Origin: Terriglobia bacterium
GTDB lineage: Bacteria; Acidobacteriota; Polarisedimenticolia; Polarisedimenticolales; JAIQFR01
NCBI GenBank assembly: GCA_963748015.1
Contig: CAVVHE010000004.1
Span: forward strand, 2,112,001-2,176,000
Direction: 5' to 3'
Length of the DNA stretch: 64,000 nt
Program-made: the position numbers and the translations under genes
Part shown: positions 38,919-46,842 of the stretch, piece by piece
Position numbering within the stretch: the stretch's first letter is position 1
Layout: each line of letters opens with the position of its first letter
Notes under the pieces: generated by a model
The model's input: only the letters and a program-made list of their open reading frames with translations
Databases searched by the model: none
Told to the model about the DNA's origin: nothing

Positions 38919-41900
38919 TCACTCGCGGCCGGGCACCTTGGGGGAGCCGGTCCGCTTCAGCTCTTCCTTCAGCACCTCGACGGCCTTCTCGATCTGCGCG
39001 TCGCGGCCCCTCAGGAAATCTTCCGGCGTGTTGTCCACGGCAACGTCCGGAGGCACGCCGTAATTCTCGAGGTTCGTGCCGCCGACGTTCCACAGCCCCG
39101 AGCCGGGGGTCCGGAGCTGTGACCCGTCCATGAGGCGGTACGACCCCGTGCCGATCACGGCGCCGTACGTGGTGACGCCGACGGTCTTGCCGAGCTTGAG
39201 CGTGCGGAATCCGTCGGGGAACACCTCGGCATCGCTCGTGGAGCGCTCGTTCTGCATCACCACGACCGGGCCGAAGAAGCCCCGCTGCGGCCGCGTCACG
39301 TAGACGGAATCCCTGTTTCGCGTGTACTGGTACTGCTTCTGCTGCAGGATCTCGAGGAGCTCCTCGTCGATCCCGCCGCCCGGGTTGAACCGCTGGTCGA
39401 TGACCAGAGCCTTCTTGAAATGGTTGTCGGCGAAGTCGCGCTCGAACTTGCGGAGCGCGGCCTGGTTCATCTGCCGGATGTGGAGGTAGCCGATTTCGCC
39501 TCCCGACAGCTTGTCGACCAGCTGCCGGCGCTCCTCGACCCACTTCTCGTACTGCAGCGTCGCGTACGCCCCGGCACTCACCGGATCGACCCGGGTCTTC
39601 CACGCCCCCTCGGCCGCCGGCTTGTCGTTCACCGTCAGCTCCATCTTCCGCCCCGGAGCCATGCTGTAGTACCGCCAGTAGTTGTCCCCCGCCTTCACGG
39701 GGGTGCCGTCGATCGCGAGCAGGAAGTCCCCCGCCTTGACCTTGACGAAGTCCTTGTCGGCCGGGCCGCGCTTGTAGACGTAGGCGATCTTGTAGTAGCC
39801 GGAGGGATCCGCCGCGAGCTCGAAGCCGGGGAAGCGCGTGCGGATCGCGTCGCGATCGGGCTCGCCGCCGCCGCTGATCCCGGTGTGGGACGCGTTCAGC
39901 TCGCCGATCATCTGGCTGACGACGTTCTGGAGCTCCTCGCGATCGCGCACGTCGTCGAGGAGCGGCGCGTAGACTTCCCGCATCCGCGGCCAGTCGACAC
40001 CGTGCATCTCGCGATCGTAGAAGCGGTTCTTCATGATCCGCCAGGCTTCCTCGAAGACCTGGCCGCGCTCCACCTCGTGGTCCACCTCGACGCGGACGGA
40101 GAAGCTCACGCGCTTGCGGCCCCCGCCGTCGCCCCCGCGGCCCCCGGAAGCCTGCGCTCCGCCCCCCTCGGCGCCGCCGCCAGTCCCCACGGACCAAAGC
40201 CCCCTTCCCTCGGAGAAGAACAAGGTCTTGCCGTCCTTCGAGTACTGGAGCGAGCCGATGCCGCCTCCGGGCCCGCCTCCCGGCGCCCCTTCCGCCTCGG
40301 GGTCGGGCGGCTCCGACTGGGTCAGCCGCTTCATCTGGTCGCCGTTCTCCTGGATCGTGTACAGGACCGCCACGTTGCGCCCTTCCGCCTCGGTTTGCGC
40401 GACGAACGCGTAGCTCTTGCTGTCGGGCGCCACGGCGACCGCCGTGATGTTGTCCGAGAGCCGCGTGACCTGGCGGATGCGCCGCGCCAGGGAGTCCCAC
40501 TCGATCTTCACCTCCGGCGGCGCCTTCTTGTCCTTGTCCTTTTCCTTGTCCCCGCGTCCGCCGCGCTCCTCGGAGGTCTTCGCGGCCGCCTCCGCCGCGT
40601 CCTCGTCGTCGATGTCGCGGCTCATGGAGTCCTTCTCTTCCCTGGTGAGCGAGACGCTGTAGAGGGACGCGACGTTCTGGCGGATGGCGGCGGAGCCGCC
40701 CTGGACGTACCCGCCGAGGAAGACGAGCTTCTTACCGTCGTGGGTCCAGTGGGCCCCGGTGGTGCTGAACAGGTCTTCGTCGTCGATCTTCTTCTCGTCG
40801 CCCCCCGCCGCGGGGACGACGAACACGTGGGGCCGCAGGTCGCGGTCGACCTTCGTGTACGAGATCCACTTGCCGTCGGGGGAGAATTCGGGGTTCTGGA
40901 GGCCGACCGTCTCGGACTTGGCCACGTCCAGCGTCTTCCCGGTCGCGATCTCGACGACGTGGAGCTTTCGGTCCGACGCCGTGTACGCGAGCGCCTTCGA
41001 GTCCGGCGCCCACGCGAGGGCGAGCTTCTCGCTGTCGGCGTCCGACAGCTTCCTGGCGCCCGTCCCGGAGGTTTCCGAGACCCACACCTCGTCGCGCCCG
41101 GACGGGTCGCCAACGTAGGCGATCCACTTCCCGTCGGGGGACCAGGAGGGGTTGGTCTCCCGCGAGCCGCTCTTCGTCACGCGGGACGCCGTGCCGCGGT
41201 CGGTCGCGATCGTGAAGATCTCGCCGTGGACGGAGACGGCCGCGCGCTTGGTCGAGGGAGAGAGATCGTAGCCGTCCAGCTCGTCCTTGAGGCTCAGGAC
41301 CTCGAAGTTGTTGTCCTTGTCGTCGGAGGCGATGTCGAGCTTGATCTCGGCGCTCTTCCCGGTCGCGGTGTCGAGCCTCCAGATCCCGAAGCCCTCCTCG
41401 TAGACGATCGCCTTCCCGTCGGAAGAGATCGAGGGGAAGAAGAGCGAGCCGCTCTTGTGGTGCGTGACCTGGACCGGCTTCCCGCCGTTCTCGGGGATCT
41501 TCCAGATGTTGCTCGTCGAGCGGAGCACCTCGCGCGAGCCGGGGGCCGCATCGACGTCCCGGTCGGAGACGAAGAAGATCTCCCCCTTGCCGTAGAGCGG
41601 CCAGAAGTTGTTCGGCCTCCGGTCCTCCGGCACATCGGCATCCAGGAGCTTGCGGAAGGTCTTCTTCGAGACGTCCATCACCCACAGGTCGGCCGAGAAG
41701 CTCCCGCGGTAGTGCTTGCGCCACCAGACCATGGGATGCCTGTTGAGCGCGAGCTTGGTGCCGTCCGGGGAGTAGCTCCCCCACGCGCCCCAATCGGACG
41801 GAAGGACCTGCTCGAGCCCGCCGTCCACGGAAACCTCGTAGAGGTTGGCGATGCCGGGGTACATCGCGCCCCGCGCGGAGCTGAACAGGATGCGCTTCGA

Positions 41901-42251
41901 GTCGCGCGACCAGCCGACGACGGTGTCCTGGGCGCCGTGGAAGGTGAGCTGCCGGGGCTCGCCGCCCTCCGCCGGTATCACGAAGACGTCGTAGTTCCCG
42001 TAGCGGTCGGACGAGAAGGCGATCCACTTCCCGTCGGGGGAATAGCGCGGGTACACGTCGCGCGCCGTGTGGACCGTCAGCCGCTTCGGATTCGAGCCGT
42101 CCTCCGCCGCCGTCCAGAGATCGCCCAGATAGCTGAAGACGAGCTTCCCATCGTGCAAGTCCGGATGACGGGCGATCCGGACGGCCTTGGCCCACGCCGG
42201 AGCCACGGCCAGCAGGACGACGAGCGCGAGAATCGAGCGGCGGATTCGCAT
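38919..42251 (-). CDS. Tricorn protease homolog (S41 family, PD40 propellers + PDZ)
   Basis: Signal peptide; repeated SPDG motifs, MIGELNASH, GYLHI, DQRFNPGG, STSDAE (catalytic Ser) and LENYGVPPD. Confidence 0.93.
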   Translation of the reverse strand: MRIRRSILALVVLLAVAPAWAKAVRIARHPDLHDGKLVFSYLGDLWTAAEDGSNPKRLTVHTARDVYPRYSPDGKWIAFSSDRYGNYDVFVIPAEGGEPRQLTFHGAQDTVVGWSRDSKRILFSSARGAMYPGIANLYEVSVDGGLEQVLPSDWGAWGSYSPDGTKLALNRHPMVWWRKHYRGSFSADLWVMDVSKKTFRKLLDADVPEDRRPNNFWPLYGKGEIFFVSDRDVDAAPGSREVLRSTSNIWKIPENGGKPVQVTHHKSGSLFFPSISSDGKAIVYEEGFGIWRLDTATGKSAEIKLDIASDDKDNNFEVLSLKDELDGYDLSPSTKRAAVSVHGEIFTIATDRGTASRVTKSGSRETNPSWSPDGKWIAYVGDPSGRDEVWVSETSGTGARKLSDADSEKLALAWAPDSKALAYTASDRKLHVVEIATGKTLDVAKSETVGLQNPEFSPDGKWISYTKVDRDLRPHVFVVPAAGGDEKKIDDEDLFSTTGAHWTHDGKKLVFLGGYVQGGSAAIRQNVASLYSVSLTREEKDSMSRDIDDEDAAEAAAKTSEERGGRGDKEKDKDKKAPPEVKIEWDSLARRIRQVTRLSDNITAVAVAPDSKSYAFVAQTEAEGRNVAVLYTIQENGDQMKRLTQSEPPDPEAEGAPGGGPGGGIGSLQYSKDGKTLFFSEGRGLWSVGTGGGAEGGGAQASGGRGGDGGGRKRVSFSVRVEVDHEVERGQVFEEAWRIMKNRFYDREMHGVDWPRMREVYAPLLDDVRDREELQNVVSQMIGELNASHTGISGGGEPDRDAIRTRFPGFELAADPSGYYKIAYVYKRGPADKDFVKVKAGDFLLAIDGTPVKAGDNYWRYYSMAPGRKMELTVNDKPAAEGAWKTRVDPVSAGAYATLQYEKWVEERRQLVDKLSGGEIGYLHIRQMNQAALRKFERDFADNHFKKALVIDQRFNPGGGIDEELLEILQQKQYQYTRNRDSVYVTRPQRGFFGPVVVMQNERSTSDAEVFPDGFRTLKLGKTVGVTTYGAVIGTGSYRLMDGSQLRTPGSGLWNVGGTNLENYGVPPDVAVDNTPEDFLRGRDAQIEKAVEVLKEELKRTGSPKVPGRE

Positions 42252-42407
42252 GACACACCCTCCCGGCCGTTGTACGGAGCCGCGGTGGAATAGTTGCGGA
42301 TTCTAGGCCCGCGATCCGGCCGGGATCAATAGCGCGGGGCGGGAAAGGTGGGCCGGGGAGGGACGGCGGCCGGAGGCGGCCTACCGTCCTTCCCCGGCGA
42401 TCGAGAT

Positions 42408-42887
42408 TCAGCGCCCCTTGGCGCGTCCGAGCTCGGCCTCCATGGCGCGTGCGAGCATCTTCCAGAGGGCCGCGTCTTCCTTTCTTTCCTCGGCGACGAG
42501 CGCCGCGAGCCGCCTCGGCGACGTCGGCCCCGCCTTTCGGATCTCGCGCCCGGTGAAGCGGAGACGCGAGGAGTTCCTGCCCTCCGGCGTGATCTCGTAC
42601 AGGAACTGCGAGTGCCGGTTCGGGCCCGAGATGTGGGTGTTGATCCAGGTGAGGCGCTCGGGATAGAGCCGGATGTGCCGTTTCTTGGTCACCCGTCCCC
42701 CTCCTTCCTTCTCGATCGCGTCGGTGAGGACGAGCGTGTTCTCGCAAATGCGGTCGATCCTGCGCCGGCCCCGCCGTCCCATCAGCGCGTGATCGTCCGG
42801 ACGGTAGTCCGTCGCCCACGCGTAAGCCGCCTTGGCGGGCACCTTGAAGCGCTGGATGAGCTCGAAGTTCACGGAGATCAGGGGCAT
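42408..42887 (-). CDS. Hypothetical protein, possible SRPBCC-like fold
   Basis: MPLISVNF...AYAWATDY...FLYEITPEG...LWKMLARAME; GAGGGG RBS. Confidence 0.6.
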   Translation of the reverse strand: MPLISVNFELIQRFKVPAKAAYAWATDYRPDDHALMGRRGRRRIDRICENTLVLTDAIEKEGGGRVTKKRHIRLYPERLTWINTHISGPNRHSQFLYEITPEGRNSSRLRFTGREIRKAGPTSPRRLAALVAEERKEDAALWKMLARAMEAELGRAKGR

Positions 42888-43074
42888 GTCGTGTTCCCCT
42901 CGCGGGCCGCGCCTCCCGCCGCCGCGCCCGGCGCGGCAAGCGGCGCCTCTTCCCGGCCCACGGGTCGAGGCTCGGTCGCGAAGAGCATAGCCGGGGACGC
43001 GCTCGGACGCGACGGCTCCGTCGGTTATGCTGTGGCCGGCATCGCGCCGCATCGCGCGAGCAGGGAGGTCCCCG

Positions 43075-43746
43075 ATGGCCAAGCCGCGTTCCCGGCCTCC
43101 GCGTTTCCCGGTACTCCTCGGCGCGATCCTCGGCTCGCTCCTGGCCCTCGCCCCCGCCGCGTCGCAGCCCCGCGAGGCAAGCGCGGATCTCGACACCCGG
43201 GTGCGGTCGTTCCTCGAGTCCCACGCCGGCGACTGGCACGACATGAACGTGCCCGAAAGCGACGGGAAGCTGCTCTACGACCTCGTCGTCAAGAACGGCT
43301 ACCGTAGCGCTCTCGAGATCGGCACCTCCACCGGGCGCTCCTCGATCTGGATCGCCTGGGCCTTGAGCAAGACGGGCGGGAAGCTCGTCACCATCGAGAT
43401 CGACGCGTCGCGGCACAAGAAGGCGCTCGAGAACATCCGGGACGTCGGGCTGTCGGAATACATCGACGCGCGGCTCGCCGACGCGCACGACCTCGTCCTC
43501 GAGCTTCCCGGACCTTTCGACTTCGTCTTCAACGACGCGGACAAGGACTGGTACAAGAACTACTTCGTCGCCGTGTCGCCGAAGCTGAAGCCGGGCGGTT
43601 GCTTCGTGGCCCACAACGCCTCGATGCGGGACCGGGGGATCCGCGAGTTCCTGGAGTACGTGAAAGGGCTTCCGGGCTTCAAGACGACGATCGACACGTC
43701 GAGCCGGTCCGGCGTGTCCATCAGCTGCAGGCAGCCCGCGGACTGA
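43075..43746 (+). CDS. O-methyltransferase (CCoAOMT/COMT-like) with N-terminal signal peptide
   Basis: ALEIGTSTG, VTIEID, FDFVFNDADK and FVAHN; GGGAGG RBS before MAKPRSRPPRFPVLLGAILGSLLALAPAASQ. Confidence 0.88.
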   Translation: MAKPRSRPPRFPVLLGAILGSLLALAPAASQPREASADLDTRVRSFLESHAGDWHDMNVPESDGKLLYDLVVKNGYRSALEIGTSTGRSSIWIAWALSKTGGKLVTIEIDASRHKKALENIRDVGLSEYIDARLADAHDLVLELPGPFDFVFNDADKDWYKNYFVAVSPKLKPGGCFVAHNASMRDRGIREFLEYVKGLPGFKTTIDTSSRSGVSISCRQPAD

Positions 43747-43786
43747 CCCCTCCGGGCGGCTCGCCGCGACGCGAGCGGGAGGAATC

Positions 43787-44137
43787 GTGGAGCGACTGAG
43801 AGCGGTACCCGCGGTGCTCGCGATGCTCGTCCTGGGAGCGCACTACTTCCGCGGCGCGAGCTACCTGGCGACCGCCGCTTGCCTCTTGGCACCGGTCCTG
43901 TTCTTCCTCCGCCGGCCCTGGTCGGTCGTCGCGTCGCGAGCCGTCCTCCTGGCGGCGTGCGTCGTCTGGATCGTGACCGCGATGCGCCTGGCGGGGGCGC
44001 GGAGGGCTTTCGGGGAGCCTTACCTGCGCATGGTCTTGATCCTCGCGGGCGTCGCCGCCTTCACGGCGGCCGCCGCGCTTCTGCTTCCCGAAGCGAAACG
44101 CCGCGGAGACGCCGCGCCACCGGGAGGGCTGCCGTGA
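43787..44137 (+). CDS. Small membrane protein (4 TM)
   Basis: Hydrophobic segments, LGAHYFR and GEPYLRMVLIL; GGAGG RBS. Confidence 0.7.
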   Translation: MERLRAVPAVLAMLVLGAHYFRGASYLATAACLLAPVLFFLRRPWSVVASRAVLLAACVVWIVTAMRLAGARRAFGEPYLRMVLILAGVAAFTAAAALLLPEAKRRGDAAPPGGLP

Positions 44138-45087
44138 GAATCGCACCGTTCCTCACCGTCACGCTCGTCGCGGTCGCCGCGAGCACCGCCCTCGCCGCGC
44201 CGCCCCACCCCTCGACCTTCTCGATCGTCGCCGCCGATCCCGAGGCGGGCGAGGCCGGCGTCGCCGTCGCGAGCCGCTTCTTCGCGGTCGGCACGGTGGT
44301 CCCCTTCGCGAAAGCCGGGGTCGGTGCCGTCGCCACGCAGTCGAACGCGAACACGACGTTCGGTCCACGCGGGCTCGAGCTCCTCGAGAAGGGGCTCCGT
44401 CCCGACGAGGTCGTGGCCGTGCTGACGCGCGCCGACGAGGGGCGGGAGCAGCGCCAGCTCGGCGTCGTCGCGGCCGGCGGCGCGTCGGCGACCTACACCG
44501 GCCCCAAGTGCAACGCGTGGGCCGGGGGGCGAAGCGGGCCCGGTTACGCCGTCCAGGGGAACATCCTCACCGGCGAGGACGTCGTCGCGGCGATGGAGAA
44601 GGCGTTCCTCGGGAGCAAGGGGAAGCCGCTCGCCGAGCGCCTCTACGCGGCCATCGTCGCCGGCGACGCCGCCGGAGGCGACAGCCGCGGGCGACAGTCG
44701 GCGGCCCTCGTCGTCGTGCGCGCCAAGGGGGGCTACAACGGGTTCACCGACCGGGCCGTGGATCTTCGGGTGGACGACCACGCATCGCCCATCGTGGAGC
44801 TCGGCCGCCTCCTCGGCCTCGCCCTGGTCAACGACCACTGGAACCGCGGCTGGACGGCCTTCACCGAGAAGCGGTTCGCGGACGCCCTCCCCTGGCAGGA
44901 GCGCGCCGCGGCGGCCGCCGAGAAGCAGCCCGGCATGCTCCCCGAGGTGCTCTACGATCTCGCGGTGATCCGGCTCGCCGCCGGCGACAAGGAAGGCGCC
45001 AAGAAAGCCCTCGAGCGAGCGCTCGAGCTCAACCCGAAGCTGAAGCAGCAGGCCGCGAAGGACCCCGACCTCGAAAAGCTGCGGTAG
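44134..45087 (+). CDS. DUF1028 (Ntn-hydrolase-like) protein with signal peptide and C-terminal TPR
   Basis: STFSIVA, GAVATQS, RQLGVV, QGNIL, GGDSRGRQSAA and DLRVDDH; TPR LYDLA...ALELNP. Confidence 0.88.
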   Translation: MRIAPFLTVTLVAVAASTALAAPPHPSTFSIVAADPEAGEAGVAVASRFFAVGTVVPFAKAGVGAVATQSNANTTFGPRGLELLEKGLRPDEVVAVLTRADEGREQRQLGVVAAGGASATYTGPKCNAWAGGRSGPGYAVQGNILTGEDVVAAMEKAFLGSKGKPLAERLYAAIVAGDAAGGDSRGRQSAALVVVRAKGGYNGFTDRAVDLRVDDHASPIVELGRLLGLALVNDHWNRGWTAFTEKRFADALPWQERAAAAAEKQPGMLPEVLYDLAVIRLAAGDKEGAKKALERALELNPKLKQQAAKDPDLEKLR

Positions 45088-45166
45088 GCTGTGAGAACGC
45101 GGCCGGTTTCGAGCCGCGGGGCGGCGCGACCACGGTGACGAGAACCGGAGCGCGCGAGGAGGCGAC

Positions 45167-45661
45167 ATGAGAAGCGGAAGGCTGGCGAGCATCGCGATCG
45201 TGGGCATCGCGGCACTTTTCTTCGGGACGATACTGGCGGGCGAGGCGCCGGCGCAGGGCAAGGCCGCGACGCTCGAGCCGCTCCTCAAGGCGGCCGACAT
45301 CGAGAAGCTGGGCCTCAAGGGCGTGGCCCTGGCCCCGCCGGACGCCTACGACCGGGTCGAGCAGCTCGGCTTCGAGCTCGCGTCCGACTCGACGATGGTC
45401 GTGATCCTGTCGAAGATCGGCGGCGACGGATCGGGCGGGACGCTCAAGCCCGTGGTCGAGATGCTGGCCAAGGATCCCGTCGCCGTGAGCGGCGTGGGCG
45501 ACGAGGCCTACTCGTTCCTCGGCGGCGTGGCGTTCGCCTTCCGCAAGGGCAAGGCCACCTACCAGATGATGAGCGGCCTCGACCTCGCGAACGGCGCGAA
45601 GCCGTTCCTGACGAAGGACCAGCTCGCCGCGTTGGCGAAGGTCGTCTGCAGCCGGCTCTAG
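45167..45661 (+). CDS. Secreted hypothetical protein
   Basis: Signal peptide, VSGVGDEAY motif and GAGGAGG RBS. Confidence 0.7.
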   Translation: MRSGRLASIAIVGIAALFFGTILAGEAPAQGKAATLEPLLKAADIEKLGLKGVALAPPDAYDRVEQLGFELASDSTMVVILSKIGGDGSGGTLKPVVEMLAKDPVAVSGVGDEAYSFLGGVAFAFRKGKATYQMMSGLDLANGAKPFLTKDQLAALAKVVCSRL

Positions 45662-45682
45662 GTAGGTATGGGACGCCCCGCT

Positions 45683-46387
45683 CTAGCCCGCTAGCATCTC
45701 GCCGAGCCAGATGTCGTGGAGGGCGTGCCGCACGAGCGAGTGCAGGTGCAGCAGGCCGCGGTCCGCGAGCGAGACGTAAGGCTGCACGCCGCACGCCATG
45801 ACCGCCGCGGAGATCTCGGGGTCGTCGTCGTCGTCGACCACGAAGCAGCGCGTCGCCGGGTTCGCCGCGGCGAAACCGGCGAGCGCGTCCCAGAACGCCG
45901 GGTCCTTGTGGCAGGAGACCGACGCGAGGAGGATCTCCGGCGCGCGCGCGGGCAGCGCGTTCGAATACGGCTCGAGGCGCGCCCACTCGTCCGAGAGGAG
46001 GTACCGGAGGTACGGGTGGTCCGCCGCCACGCTGGGCCGGTGAAGCGCCTTCGAGACGACGGCAGGCACCGGCCGGATCCTCGGGTCGAACACGAAGTCC
46101 GCTCCGGCCGCGAGGGCCTGCTCCTTCTCGGTCAGGAACGCGCCCGCGAAGAGCAGGCGTCCCCGGAACCCCTCCCGCCGGAGCGCGGCCACCGCCGCGA
46201 TGCGGCGGTCGTGCTCGGTGATCGGCCCCGGCAGGATCACCGCCACGGAGAATCCCCCGTCGCGCGCGCGCGATGCGAGGCCGGCAGCGCCTTGGACGGC
46301 GATGGGCTCGAGCGCGCCTGCGTGGAGCGCGGCGCCGACCCCGTCGAGGTCCTTCCCCTCTCCGTAGAGCAGGATCCTGTCGGCCAC
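45683..46387 (-). CDS. Hypothetical protein with degenerate receiver-like domains
   Basis: RILLYG..., QALAAGADFVF and CFVVDDDDD; starts 2 bp after the ferritin-like gene. Confidence 0.55.
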   Translation of the reverse strand: MADRILLYGEGKDLDGVGAALHAGALEPIAVQGAAGLASRARDGGFSVAVILPGPITEHDRRIAAVAALRREGFRGRLLFAGAFLTEKEQALAAGADFVFDPRIRPVPAVVSKALHRPSVAADHPYLRYLLSDEWARLEPYSNALPARAPEILLASVSCHKDPAFWDALAGFAAANPATRCFVVDDDDDPEISAAVMACGVQPYVSLADRGLLHLHSLVRHALHDIWLGEMLAG

Positions 46388-46389
46388 GA

Positions 46390-46617
46390 TCAGTTCTCCC
46401 GCGCGAGGAACCGGTCGTGCTCCCGCTGCAGCAGGTCGTGGTGGCGCTGCTCCTCCGCGGCGAGGAACTCGAACAACTTGCGGACGCCGGGGTCCTTCAC
46501 GGTGGCGGCGCACTTCCGGTAGAACTCGTGCGCGCGCTGCTCGCGCTCCATCGCCAACTTCACCGCCGCCTCGGGGGTGAGGTTCTCGTCCACGTTCACG
46601 TCGCCGGGTTGGCTCAT
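46390..46617 (-). CDS. Short rubrerythrin/ferritin-like protein (single two-helix half)
   Basis: AMEREQRAHEFY...LFEFLAAEEQRH (E...ExxH iron ligands); GAGGAGG RBS. Confidence 0.82.
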   Translation of the reverse strand: MSQPGDVNVDENLTPEAAVKLAMEREQRAHEFYRKCAATVKDPGVRKLFEFLAAEEQRHHDLLQREHDRFLAREN

Positions 46618-46842
46618 CGGATCCTCCTCGCGCGGATTGTAGACCGCTGCGATCCCACGGCGTCCTCCTCCGGCGGGCCGGGCTCGGGTCGCCGGGGATG
46701 CGTCGCTTCCCCAGGGCGCAGGAGTATAGACGAGCCTGGCCCCTAGGCGACGAGGCGCCCGCTTGACTTCCCGGAGATACGAGACGATAATTGTCTTGTT
46801 TTGATTGCCGCACGGCCCGGATTCGGCGATGCGCAGGGGTAG

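Noticed and set aside
39420..43614. 957-aa (+) and 960-aa (-) ORFs
   Set aside because: Antisense or off-frame shadows of the tricorn protease and neighbouring genes.
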